This document shows, one piece after another, positions 23,891 through 36,294 of a stretch of DNA of 64,000 nucleotides; the stretch's first letter is position 1; each line of letters begins with the position of its first letter. The position numbers and the translations under genes are program-made. The notes below the pieces were generated by a model that saw only the letters and a list, made by a program, of their open reading frames with translations, was not told the origin of the DNA and searched no databases. Source of the DNA: Chlorokybus atmophyticus (Eukaryota; Plantae; Mesostigma and Chlorokybus algae); contig RHPI01001737.1 of the NCBI GenBank assembly GCA_009103225.1, positions 443,177 to 507,176 on the forward strand, in the 5' to 3' direction.

Positions 23891-26800
23891 CCTCTTTGCT
23901 TCTAACAGCAACAGCAGTTGTTGTGTTTGTTCACGCAACAGTGCTGCAGCAACAGCAACGGCTGCTACCATTGTTGCGTTTTGCTTATTGTCGTTTTTGT
24001 TACTTTGAAGCCGTGTTATGTTTCGTCAACTTGCTGCCAGCAATTGTTTTTCATTCTGCAGCAGTGGAGACTGCGGCTCGCTAGTACTGTTTTCGTTGTT
24101 TCATTTCAGTGGTGAACGTTGTCATCGTACAACTGTTATCTAGTCTTTAAGTTTGGTTGATTACTAGTTGTACAGCAGCAGCAGCAGTAGTTGACTGAAC
24201 TACTACGGCCGTCATACAGCAGCAGCAGCTGCAGCAGTAGCTGCTGCTGCCAAGCTATTGTCGTGGTTGCAGTTCTCGTCACCCATCTCATTCAACATAC
24301 CTTCCTCGCTGCCTTCCAACACAGCCCCTCCGGCAACAGCTGCAGCCCTCGACTGTTGGCTGCCGACCGTTGGGGCTGTTGCTTTACCTACCCCACAACC
24401 CTTCCCTTGACAGCACTCCACTGTTTGACAGTTGACTGTCATCAATCATACAATAGTCGTGGACTGTTGGTTGACAGTCGCGCAGGCCAAGGAGGATCCA
24501 TCGCTCATGTACAGTGTGAGTTTTGTGATGTAAGAACATCACACTAGCTTGGTTCTACACTCACTTGCTGCCTAACTTACCAGCACATTGCGTCCCTACA
24601 CACGCATGCATATGCATGCACGCGCGAATGCACGCATGTTCCACATACCGATTCAACACAAGAGCACACACACACAAGCCACGCACAGGCCGCCGCTGCC
24701 AATGCTGCGAAGGCTAACGGCGAAGGCTAACGGATCTTCTGTTTAAACACCTCGTCCTGAACTAGCTGGTAACCCGCGTGCATGCATAACAATGCGTGAA
24801 CATTGCACCAAGCAAAGGTGCATATTGCATTGTGCGCATGCGCAATGGTGTGGGTACATGCTTGCTCCCTTGCTACACGGTGAATTACTGCCACGGGCTC
24901 TGTGCACTCCACTGCACTCGGCTGCATGACTTGGTTGTATGTTCATGCACGAGTGTGTAGTGTCGTGTGTGCATGCGCATGCACATGTTTGTGCTCGTGC
25001 AGGTACCTGCGTGTGCACGTGTGCGTATGTGCGTGTGTGAAGCTTCACAAGTGAGTTTTTGCAGGAAAGCAACGTAGCTGAGCAGCATGCTAAGTTCTGG
25101 ACACGACCAACTACAAGCACAGGATGCTTTGGCACCACAGTGTCAACGTCCAGCAGCTTGGTGATTTGCAAAAGGCCCGCAGCCTCGACCGAGGCTGCGG
25201 ACGCACACACTCGCCATTGCACAGCAGAGACTAGCAAGGGGGCTCAAGATAACAGCCGGCGTGTTAGCAACCCGTGCCTCTCTCCCTCACTTTGCTAAAC
25301 CTTAGCCGCATCAACATCATCTGGTGCGTACGCGTGTGTATGCATGCATGGTGTACATGTGGGCGTGTGCGTGTGAGCATGCGTGTGCGTCAGTGTGTTG
25401 CGCAAGTGCGTGCCTAGCATACGCATGGTTTGGTTGCACGACATTTCTTCACCACCAGCGCCAGAAACCACAACCACGACAACATGCGCTCAACCGTGAC
25501 ACTGTGCTGGCAGCTGAGGGCTTCCCACAGCAGGGCTGTGGGAAGGGCTTGACAGCCTCGGCTGTCAAGAGGACTGTTGGTTGCTTACAGTCGCGCACAA
25601 GTGTGTGCCCTCACAGAAGTCACTGACACTTGTGACAAGCACAAGCGTGCTCACAAACATGCATGTTTGTACGCATGCACAAGCTCAACACGCAGAGACT
25701 TGCACACGCATGCTCACACACGCGTATACGCACACTCGCACACGCACATTTGCAGGCCCTACTCACTAGCCGAGGTGCAGCAGCACTTGGGAGAGGGAGC
25801 AAGAAAGACTAAAGACTATTCTACGTGCACTCACCCCCCTCCCCCCNCTAATCTCTCGGCATGCGCGCAGGCCTTAGAAGTGGGTGGGTGGGTGGGTTTT
25901 GCATACTGGTGCGTACAAGTGGTGCGTATCTTCTGCTTCATTGCTCGTCTCCATGTGTTAGCAGTCCTGTGCAAGTGTGCAGGTCTTTGTCATCAATTTT
26001 GCTCTCGTGTGCGCATTTGCGCATGCATGCGTGCGTGCGTGTTCGCGCGCATGCACACGCACACATACACAGCAACCTTTTACTCTGCGGCTGCGCACGC
26101 AGCCCCCCCACAACGGCGTCAACTTCATCGCCTGGCGCCAACCGCGGGCCTGACTGGCCGGGGCTGCTGCCACGGGCTGGTCAGCCCGTGGCAGTCCGCA
26201 CCACGGTGTAGGGCTTCAGTTGTGGAAGTGGCGCAGGCAGTCGAGGTGAGGGGTGGGTGGGTGCGTAGTCGGGACGTTCAATGTCAGCTGGTCAGCAGCT
26301 TGCAGCTCGACGTCTTGGACCTCACTCGCCCTGCCTGACAGCCATTGACTGCTGGGAGGACAGTCCTCGACTGTCAAAACACATTTACTGTCATTTACTG
26401 TCGCATCATTCAAGGTGCGCGCAAGGCCTGTCTGCATGCTGCTTTGCCTTGTGTCGCATGCATAGTCGCATGTAGAGGTGCACAGACAACCACACAAACA
26501 GTGCCACATATATCACAACTTGTGGTCGCGCACACCGTGTGCGTGACACTCACGCACGCACATGCGCATCGCATGATTGTGTTGTGCCCGCGTATGTGCA
26601 TCATGGCATTCACGACAGTTATTGGCCGTTGTGGCAAGCATGCACACAGTAACTCGCAAGCTTGTACGCACGCACAAGCACATGACCATGCGGAGACTTG
26701 CACTGCATGTGGCACGCACGCGCAGTCACATGCTCAAACACGTGCATGCACATGCAAGCCCAGCCAATCAGCCAAGGTAAGGCAGTACTTGCGGAGAGAA

Positions 26801-28814
26801 TGACAAGCGGACATTACGCTAAGCAGCAGGTATCAACTTTGTAGCGCTTAATTCACTGTTGCACGGAGTCTGCACGTTTGTGGACTTTTGGCTGTCACCT
26901 CACATAGACAAGCACTCGTGCGCGGGTACTGCTCTTCTAACATGTGCAGGCCCTTGTGGGTGAGAAGGAAGAAAGGGGGGTTTGTTAAGCAGCAGGTACA
27001 AAGTGGTTGTGATGTGCTTGCGATTGTCAATGGTTCGGCTGTCCACTAGCCTCACTGTCGACTAGCCTCACGCGCGCGCACGCGCATGTGCAGGACCTTG
27101 TACTAGCTAAGGTGTGGCGCCTCTTATGGGTGATAATGAGGAGCGGTTACCAGGGTCTTACAGGTAAAACTTTCTGTGGTTACGTCTTGCATATTTGTCA
27201 CATGCTAACTGTCGCCTGTTGCACGGCACAAGCGCATGTGTGACTTGTTCTTTGATGTAGGTTTGTAGAAGGCTCTTGCTGTATAGGCTTAAGGGTAGTT
27301 TGCACCACATGTAGCTGCAACCATTAAGTGAATTCTTGGTTGTGTACTTTTATCTATTGTCCTGTGTGCTATGCATTGTGTGACCGCATGCTGGCAGGCA
27401 TTGTCGACAGCGCCAGCTGTGGTGGAAGCCGTGGCTATGGCCTGTCAACCGCAAAGCCCGTGGCCTGGCCGTGCTGGCGTGGTCTCCACCAGGCCAGCAC
27501 GACCAGGTCAGCGGCCTGACCTGGTGCTTTCGGTGTTAAGCACCAGGCCGCCCGCCAAGCCATGAGCAGCGGCTGCCTAATGAAGGTTGCAGTTAAATTG
27601 CTGCAACTGACTGTCATTAGCCGCCAGAGCACAGTTAGTTTATTGCACTTTTAACCGGCCATTAGTCGGTCTTTAAATCTATGCTGGTCCGAGTGCGACC
27701 CGCCAACGCACCATGAATTATTGTAATTCATACACCATGATGGTCCCCGAACGCTTGAACAGCGCGCACCAAGCATGGTCCACGCTGTCGCACATAAACT
27801 CTAAAAATTTCACGCACCAGCCATGGTGCGTCCCAATGGACACGGGGGACCTATGACGTGAAATTCGGACCATGTATGGTCCGACTGTCGATGAAGCACC
27901 GACCATGCATGGTCCACCAATTTACTTGGGAGGAAAATCCCGGTCCTGCGTCACCGACCATTCATGGTCCTTTGACGTCAGGCGGTGTGACGAAGATGCT
28001 GGCTCATTATAAGAGGGAGAAGGAGACGAGAAGACAAGAGCAGGCTCAAGCAAAGGCTGACGCACAAGCTGTTGCAAAGACACAGAGAGGAGCAACAACA
28101 TGCAGCATAAGCAGAGGAGGCGCAGTGAGCACAGTCTGCAAAGGAGGCCCAGGTTTTGCTGATGCGCTACATATGGGACCCTATGGAGTGCCACAACTAG
28201 CTGGGAGACCCCTTGTGGAACTATGCAGAGGCCTTTACAAAGCGACACTTCAGACTTGACCCCGCACACAACCAGCAGGTGAAAGAGGCAGGCGCCCGCT
28301 GGCGAGAGAAGCGGAAGACCAAGCACACACCAACCACCACACCGCCTTAGACTTAGGTAGACTTAGCAGTAAAACTCATGCATGCTGTACATAATCAAGC
28401 CAACAACCTCTATAACCTTATGTTGTCGCTGGCCTTGTGCATGTCATCTATGCATGTCACATGACGGTCAGGGCGCCGCCGCCACACCCCACGGCATCAC
28501 ACAATGACCAACAACTTTACCGTCAAAGCTTCGAGCTTGGCTGCATCATGAATCGCCAACGCATCACAGCTATCGCTGCCTGCCACAGCGCCTGCCACAA
28601 CAGCCCACATCCACTCTATAATGGCTGCAAGGCCTCCGGAAAAAGGCTCAGCAAAGGCTGCAACTTGCAGCCTCACTGAGGCCTTTCACTCGCGTCTCAA
28701 GTCCTCAAGTTAGGGCTTGGGGACTTTTAAGCTATCTGCCCTCACACCCCAACTTTGGCGCGCTATATCCGACACGCTATAGCGCAAAAAAATACAACAA
28801 AAATAATGCTATGT

Positions 28815-28945
28815 CGTCGCAAATTTTACACGGTGACTGACTAAGGACTGAGGGACTGACTGGTGCCTGAGCCTGCCTAAGCCTGCCTGTTGCTGCCTGA
28901 AATATTACTTTTGGACTGTTGGGTTTGCCGTTGGCTTAAGTGGAC
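28815..28945. repeat. Inverted homologue of 22340-22475
   Basis: CGTCGCAAATTTTACACGGTGACTGAC at 28815 is the exact reverse complement of 22449-22475; a second shared block AGCC(G/A)ACGGCA(G/A)ACCCAACAGTCCAAAAGT. Confidence 0.85.
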
Positions 28946-29377
28946 TGACGCAGACGGCCGCGGGCCGAAAGTGGTTGTCAGTGGCACTAACCGGCCGAGA
29001 GTTGTCAACCAGTTACCCTTTGGTCGATGTGCACAGACGGCCGTTAACCGGTAGTTACGGACAGCTGACAGCCATAGCCGGCAGTTTCGTTGCCGTTACA
29101 CTGCTGTTAATATGTGACCCTTGCCATTTGACAAAAGTTGGCAATTCTTGCCGTAAGCCAACACTAACATGCCATGCAGCTTGTACAAACCTTGGACTGA
29201 TTGTTTGGTCTTGCACCTAAAAGCCCACAATATATACAATGTACGGGCAGTGGTGAGAGTATGTCCACTCACAACTGAGCAGCCGACTTGCGCATGAAAC
29301 TATCCTATAACATTGAGTCTAGCTGTCGGACTCATGCGCAGCTTGTCAACCCGTGGTGCCTGCCTAAGAACTCCTCC

Positions 29378-30330
29378 TCAAACCCCCTCCTCCTGTTCCT
29401 CCTCCGACGAGTCTTCTGCTTCAACGCCGGAGTCATCTTCATCCGCTGCCTCGCTCGCTGACAGTACAGCGGCTACTTCGTCCTTCAGCTTGAATGTCAG
29501 CGCCTCGCCGTGCACGCGCATGCGCTTGATGGTCGCTTTGAGAGTGACCACCTGCATTTGGTAATGCTGTAAGAGTGGCGTGCTGCCAGAGGACTAGCCC
29601 ATCAGCATACACACGCTTACCTCGTCTTCCGCTTTGTTGCACTCCGCCAGGCAGACAGTCAGCCTGCCGCGCTGCTCTTGGTTCACTCTGACCAACATGG
29701 CAATCTGCAAGCATACTGCTTAATTACCGCTGGAAACATTAAACTAGGTCATAGATTACCCGTTCGTTTGACTCCGCAGCTTCTCTTTTGCGACTTGTGA
29801 GCTCCCGCAAGTAGAAATAGGCTGTGCATTTGCGAGATTGGTCATGCTGTTCATGTGCATGACACTGGAGGTTGTGCATGAGGGTGTGCATGTCGTATTG
29901 ACAATGTATGTCAAGTGCAAGATACTTGAGGCTGTGCATGTGCAAGATAAAAGAACCCTAGCATGTGGCATTGACAGTGCATCGTAACCCACCTTGGTTA
30001 TGCCAGTCTTGTTTGGTCCCTTCAATCATGTCGCCGTGGTCGCAGCTGCTGGTGGGTCGGATTTTCTTAGAGGCAGTATTGTGGTGTGCCTTTGCCCACT
30101 CGGAGGGGGAGCCCTGTAAGATATCGCCCGAGTCACTGTTGTCATTGGATGTGCCCTTGGTAGTCTTGGTGGGGTTTGACACCGAGGACACCCCTCCGGC
30201 ACCCTGCCCGCCCTGTGCGAACATGGAATTCATCCCGGACCTCGACCACAATGCCCACTACGCCCCTGGCAGCGCCGCCAACGATCTTCCAAACGCCACA
30301 TACCCTCGGCATCACGCCCCTGTAAGGGCA
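29378..30330 (-). CDS. Small intron-containing unknown gene, divergent from the Plavaka transposase
   Basis: Exon-like pieces MLVRVNQEQRGRLTVCLAECNKAEDE|gtaagc and QMQVVTLKATIKRMRVHGEALTFKLKDE...EEEQEEGV* (TGA at 29378-29380); 5' part uncertain. Confidence 0.4.
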
Positions 30331-30393
30331 TAGCTTGGCGGAGCTATCAATGGTGTTTTCATGCGCAGGGGGACTGACATTGCCAGAGTTGTC

Positions 30394-30592
30394 AATGGTA
30401 CGAACTGCCATTGCCATTGTACAAAGGTACCATTTCAATGGTACCTTTGTACAATGCCTAGACCTTTTGGCAAAGGCATCTTCGTACCATTGAAACGGTT
30501 CAATCAGAATATATATGTATATAAAAATATCCAGAGACTCACCCTGGACGTGCAATGGCTCGTTCGTACCATTATAATGGTACGACGGAGCC
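30394..30592. promoter_or_regulatory. GTACCAT..ATGGTAC palindrome cluster 1
   Basis: Perfect 20-bp stem 30415-30434/30437-30456; 22-nt palindrome TCGTACCATTATAATGGTACGA at 30564-30585; regulatory role inferred only. Confidence 0.6.
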
Positions 30593-30736
30593 AGTGACTG
30601 GCGGCCAAGTTTCCCGCCTCTGGCATGCAAGGGTAGCGGTAGCGGTGGCGGTGGCGGCGGCGGCGGCGGGTGTGCGTGTTGCTGGATATGATGCAGGTTA
30701 CATTGGCGACACCTGTGTCGACGTTAGTAGTGAGAT

Positions 30737-33700
30737 ATGGGAGTCCTTTGTCCGTATTGCCACATGCGCTTCGCCACACGCAGCTCGGTCTACATGCACA
30801 TTATTAGCAGCAGGGTGTGCAAGCAGATCAAGCTGTATGTCGGCCAGCGTCCATTACAGTACGATGCGGGTCATGTTGAACCGGGGAGTTCGATCCAGGA
30901 TGCTCACATGCTTGATGCTGAAGGATTCCTTCAGGAGACACACGCACAGCAGCAACAGGAGGAGGAGGAAGTGAACGAGGGCTTTCGATGTGTGCGTGTG
31001 CCTGAGAAACCTGTGGCACGCCAACATGGAAGTGGAGGCGTCCCTTCGCACGCGTCGGAATCCAGGTGGTATGGCTCGGAGCATGCTCTTGCAGTGGCAT
31101 TCGTGCAGTGCAACAACGGCCAAGGCCTGTCGGCCTCCGACATGGGGCGGATCATCAAGTGCATCCGAAATGCACACTTCCTGACGGAAGAGCTCCAGTG
31201 GGAGACCGGTGTGCATGCGGCCAGCTACCTCCGGACCACGATTGCTTTCTCTCAGTCTGAGGTGTGTTCACGGTGTGCGGTGCATGTGCTTCAACCATCA
31301 GAGCCATGTCACATATGCACATGCGAGTGTGCTGCCGTATCAGAACTACGTGACGGCTGACCTGCGCAAGCCTGGAGACCCTGAGGATCAGGACATCTGC
31401 GTCACATATATGCCGGCCAAGGTCTGTGAAATGCAGTACCTAATGCAGTATCGATGCAGTATCTATTCTGAGGCCAGCATAGTAAGTAATGCTCTTGGTC
31501 GGAGCAGGTATGGCTCGCGCGGTTGTATGGCAATCCACATGCCGCCAATGGCTTCAATCTCCAGTACACTGGTGACGAGCACAGCTTTGGCCATCCTTCC
31601 ACGGGCGATTGGTGGAAGGATGTGGAGGTGGATTTGAGGAGAGAGGTGGGGGAAGCGTCCTACTTGGCGCCTGCCATTCTGTACAGTGACAAGACCACGC
31701 TGGACAGCGCGGGCAAGCGCTCTGGCTACCCTCTGATGGCATCGCTTGCCAACTACAGTTGGGACATGTATGCTAGCAACATGGGGGTTGTTATGATAGC
31801 GCTTCTGCCGGTGGTTCACGCAGTGGCCGGGCATCCCACCTGGGCGCAGGGCAAGGAATCGTTCTCCATTCGGAAACGTGAGATTTTTCATGACGCTTTG
31901 AATGTAGTGTTAGGGGATGTGAAGCGGGCGAGTTGGGAAGGTCTGCAGCTCATCGACCCGAATGGCATCGAGCGTCGTGTGTTTCCCGCGCTTGCCAACT
32001 ACATCAGCGATTTGCAGGTAGTGGGCATGAATGGTTGTAACCGGATGCAGCCCGCCAGCAAACAGTGCATGGAGGATGTTGTCAGTAGAACATCTGAGTT
32101 TGTCGTGTTGTAGGAGACTGCCACACTCGCACGCACTGTGTCGGGCAACCAAACACGACATCCTTGCGATGTTTGTCTCGTCACCAAATCAGATCTGTTG
32201 GAGATGGATGAGGACCGGGAATTGAGAACCGAGGCCTTCTACACACCAGCAATACGTCAGCTGCGGGCGGACCTGCATAGCGGTGTTAGGAATGCACGCC
32301 AGACAGCCAAGGCTTTCAAAGAGCAGCACTCCATGCATGTCGAGGAGGTAATGGTCAAATTACCGGCATTCGTGAGGATGAATGGCTTTCCGTGAAACCA
32401 GGCAATGTGGTTTGGCAACAGAATGCACTGTGGGGTTGGCGACAGTCGCGGGTGCCGGGAGCTGACTGCTACTCTCGTCTTGCCCCTGACGCAATGCATG
32501 TGCTGGGAGGCATCATTGACCACCTGCTTGCTGCTGTGTACGACGCCGCGAAGGAACGAATGCGTCCATCCACGAGACAGATTCTGCAGGCCAGGCACGT
32601 CTTTGGTGTTGCTTTTGTGTTGAACACAAAAGCCAACAACACGTGCTCACGAGCAGATGTGCACAGGCTGAATGCATGCAAGGCGACTCTGCGGGTTTCG
32701 CACTTCAAGGCACCCACAAGCACAGTAGATTTCTTCCTGTCCGACCACTCCTTTCAGGTGGTGGAGAAAGTGGCGGTGCTGCAGCTGCTGCCGGTCCTCG
32801 CAGACGGTTTGCTGCTCGACAGTGAGGGCAACGATTTCTTCACCATTGCTGCCGCATCGCTTGCCCAGTGGAACAAGAAGTTGCTGAAGGCGCATGAACA
32901 CACAAGAGAGACCCTGACCACAGCCGACAACGAGCTGGCTGCCTTCAAAGCTGCAGTGTTGCATCCGCTACTGTCGTCATATTCTGCACAGAAGTCAGGT
33001 TGGAAGATCGAGAAGATGCATCAGCTCACTCATTTTGGGCCGGCAATTGTCAGCAGTGGACACCCAGATTGGTTCAGCGCCAACCGCATGGAGCAGACGC
33101 ACGCCCAAAATATCAAACGGTGGGCGCGTGGTGGCAACAACCGGGACTACCAGGCACGTATCCTGAAGGCATGGAGCTGTGCGGAATATGTGAGAGAGGA
33201 TGGCATGGTCGTGGATCCCGAGATGCGCTCGGTCATGGCGCAGGCGCGGCAGCAGTGCTGTAATGTCATGGAGAAGACGGACAAGTTGCTACGGATGGAT
33301 GTGCTGACAAGGAGGGAGTCCAGCCCGTACTGGAGCGGATCTGCGCGTAGCCGCCAAGTCGCCTTGAAGACTCCATTTGCCGACAAGCTGCCTGCCACCC
33401 TTGACAGCTGGTTGAGGAGGGAACAACTGGAGTTGGCCGACGGGTGGCGTGCTGTTCGCGTGGTGAACGGAGGCGCAGCGGTGTACATGACATCAGGAGT
33501 CAGCATGGCGCGCGCAACTGGGATGTTCCATGGGCGGCCTTGGTTCTCTACACTTGAGTTGGAAGGTGATGAGGACGGTGTGAACGTGACGTGGTGGGCT
33601 CAGGCACTCCTTTTTCTGCGCGTGGTGGTGTGGGGTGGTAGCGGCGAGCGCGTGTGGAAGGAGGTCGTGTTTGTCCGCTGGTACACGAAGCTGGATGTGA

Positions 33701-33879
33701 CGAGCGACACAAAGTGCATCGCTCTGGAATGGGAAAAGCGTCGAGGCGGTCCACATCTCGATGTCGTGACTCTGGAGCAAGTAAAAGGCATTGTCCAGCT
33801 GCTCCCCATGTTTGACAAGGACAGCGCCCGTGTACAAGAGGGCAAGTATTGGGTGAACGTTCACTGCACTTCCACGTGA
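30737..33879 (+). CDS. Plavaka-family DDE transposase with N-terminal C2H2-like finger, multi-exon, apparently intact
   Basis: CPYC..H finger; TGDWW, PAILYSDKTTL, GYPLMASLAN, EIFHDAL, VFPALANYISD/LQET, HPCDVC, PDAMH, KMHQLTH, RMEQTH; GT-AG introns e.g. 32016-32113. Confidence 0.88.
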
Positions 33880-34082
33880 CACATGTACTTGTCTCACTAC
33901 TCTGAGTTTGGAGCATATCAGTCAGTTAGGCATTGCTAATCGTATGCTAAGACTTTTGCATGTGGACGTGTACAATACCGGGCAGCTGTCACTGCACAAC
34001 TGTCACCACAATCGAATGATCCATGCAACATTCAACAATCAGTCCGCCGTGTGGCATTAAGCATCAATACAGTGCACCACAC

Positions 34083-35811
34083 TCAAGCCTCATAGTTCCA
34101 TGACACAGGAGGGTAGTCACAGCGCATATCCATTGTTTCAAGCATGAGACGCCCTATGCACTCCGCCATTGCGGGAGGAACTGCATTCGCTATGGAAACG
34201 GCCGAGGTCATCCATGGCACTCCCAGCGCTGTTTGCCACGCAGCAATGCCGCCCCTGGTGCTTGGAAGGCCATAGACCGGGTACATCTGCTGTGGCGCGT
34301 TTGATGTCACGATTGTCTTCTTCGCGCTAGCGGACAGGTGCGGCGATAGCAGTCCAACTGCCTTGCCCGCGTGCGAGCAGCGTGCTGGTGGGGTAGCTAC
34401 CACTGGCTGTGTCTCAAACAGACGGTGTCGGAAAGTTGATAGGCCAAACATCGTGCCACAAAGGGACAGATTGGGTCTGAATGAGGAAGCTGCTCCTGGC
34501 ACATTCTCAATCACAAACTTGACCTGGCTTGCAAGCAGCAGACGTCGGACGAGCGGTATCATATCCTGGTGTCTCCAGGATGTGCCATGTGCCGCCCGTT
34601 GAGGTGCCGGGATAGCACCTGAATAGGCCTGGCATGGTGGACTGGCCCAGATGAGCTCGTACTCGCTCAGCTCTCCTGCACTCAGGGTGCATACATCGCG
34701 GTGTATGAAGGGCAGCGGGTACTCAGAGGAGGGACTTATGTCCATCCCGGTCACGTCAAAGCCTGCGTGGTATAGACCGACACTGGCACCGCCACCGCCG
34801 CAGAATAGGTCGAGTGCCCTTGGTCTGCGTGTGCGTCCCAGCTTGTTGTCAAATGGCGTGTATGTGGTCAAGGCTGGCCGTGGTGCTGGCCAGGGACTAA
34901 CAATGATGCCGTCCGGGCTTACTTTGCGACTGACGTTCTCCCCTCCGGCGCGCAGAACATGGCGTGCCCCGTCAACTGATGTGTACGCGAATACGTTGTG
35001 CCCTTTGAAGTTGATGGTTTGTGGTCGATCACCGTCATCGAATACTATACGGTGCTGCCCTGCAAAGACATTTTCCATTGCACCATGCATATATGATGCG
35101 TCCTCAATCTCGCACGCCACGAAGCGATGCTGACCTGACGCTTGCTTGAATGATTCCACAACGCCCGCATACCATTCCCCATCCAGCGGCCAATGCACCA
35201 TGACACTCACACCGATCAGCTGCTCGCATCCCAACTTAACTGCGTTCCGCAGCCGATGCAGTGCGCTGTCCAACGGTCGATGGTCTGCCTCCTCTACAGC
35301 GGCCAGGGGATGGAACTGCCCACGCCCACACCGTGCAAGACTGCTCTGAATGCGACAACAGCTTCAACATGCATGAAATAAGCATACGCCCAACATAACA
35401 TGCAGTGATACGTCGCGGTCCACTCTTGTGGATTACCTCCACAGCATCCACCACCTGTCCACTAACCACATGTCCCGGTGTTGTCCATGTGAAGAAGCGC
35501 ATGGGTTCCCCTCGCCACTCGAAGCATGAGCGCGAGCACGATTCGCACACGCACTGCACGCAATGGAAAAACTCGGGTTCCTTGCACAGCACTTGGCCGA
35601 GGCGGCAGCCAAACACGTCGACATTGTGTGTGGTGTGATGCCAGCAAGCAGCACTAAAACCGTGGCACACTGTCTGCACTCGCTGGCATTCGGTCAAGTG
35701 TGCTCGCATTTGCTGCCTACGGCCATTGGCACATACGTACGCATTGCATTGTGGGCACACCAAGCATGGTCTCCTAGGTGAGGGTGATTCAACTGCTGCC
35801 GCCGACATCAT
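34083..35811 (-). CDS. Cys-rich/Tudor/phage-type C5 cytosine methyltransferase, copy 2 (intact, 520 aa)
   Basis: Exons 35811-35437, 35345-35135 and 35059-34083 join in frame; motifs ALDLFCGGGG (I), ASPPCQ (IV), IENVP (VI), FRHR (VIII-like), ANAVPP (X); Tudor-like LIGVSVMVHWPLDGEWYAGVVESFKQASGQHRIVFDDGD. Confidence 0.92.
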
Positions 35812-35924
35812 GCAAAATAGGAATCGGCACGGCTGCCCACAAACTGAGCGAGACTTTAGGGTATGGGCATCAATTTAGGGTTGCCAGCTTACGAACCCTA
35901 AATGGGTCAAACTTCAAGTGAAGC

Positions 35925-36025
35925 ACGACTGTACCTTATACGCTATTGCAGTACCATGCATGGTACTACATCAACATGAATGGTACTCTATCTGTTAATG
36001 GTACTACAGTACAAGGATACTCGCA
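35925..36025. promoter_or_regulatory. GTACCAT..ATGGTAC motif cluster 2, upstream of the methyltransferase gene
   Basis: GTACCATGCATGGTAC at 35951 and two further ATGGTAC half-sites. Confidence 0.5.
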
Positions 36026-36294
36026 TACTACCACGATCGTAGAGTAATACTGTGCTGTCATGCCATGGAACCCAGAGCGCTGTCCGAGTTTGTTGCTGTC
36101 AACCACGCTCTAAACCAGCGAGGTATGCAAGCCATGCACTGACTCATGCGCCGGGCAGTCATCATACACATGTACAGCCAATGCTTCTAACAACAGCAGA
36201 TCTCTGGTGCACCATGCACCATGCTGCAACTATACATGTACCTACATGGTTCACAGGAAGCCAACACAAAACTACAATACATGCACAATTGGCA

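Larger units (their letters stand above)
4338..27989. mobile_element. Giant (~23.6 kb including nested elements) CAC-terminated DNA transposon of the same family as 915-2753
   Basis: Left end CACGCGGCTTGACGTTCAAGGACC at 4338, with ~130 bp similar to the left end of the small copy; right end (reverse complement) CACACCGCCTGACGTCAAAGGACC ending at 27989; subterminal ACCAT-N2-ATGGT arrays at 4356-4620 and 27700-27970; flanks CTT and ACG do not match. Confidence 0.72.

Noticed and set aside
24100-27650. Numerous 60-250 aa ORFs rich in H, A, C and T
   Set aside because: They arise from (CA/TG)-rich low-complexity sequence and lack domains
30142-30330. KOW-like motif (VWKIVGGAARGVVGIVVEV)
   Set aside because: Too short, ends in a stop and conflicts with an alternative frame; not supportable without a profile search
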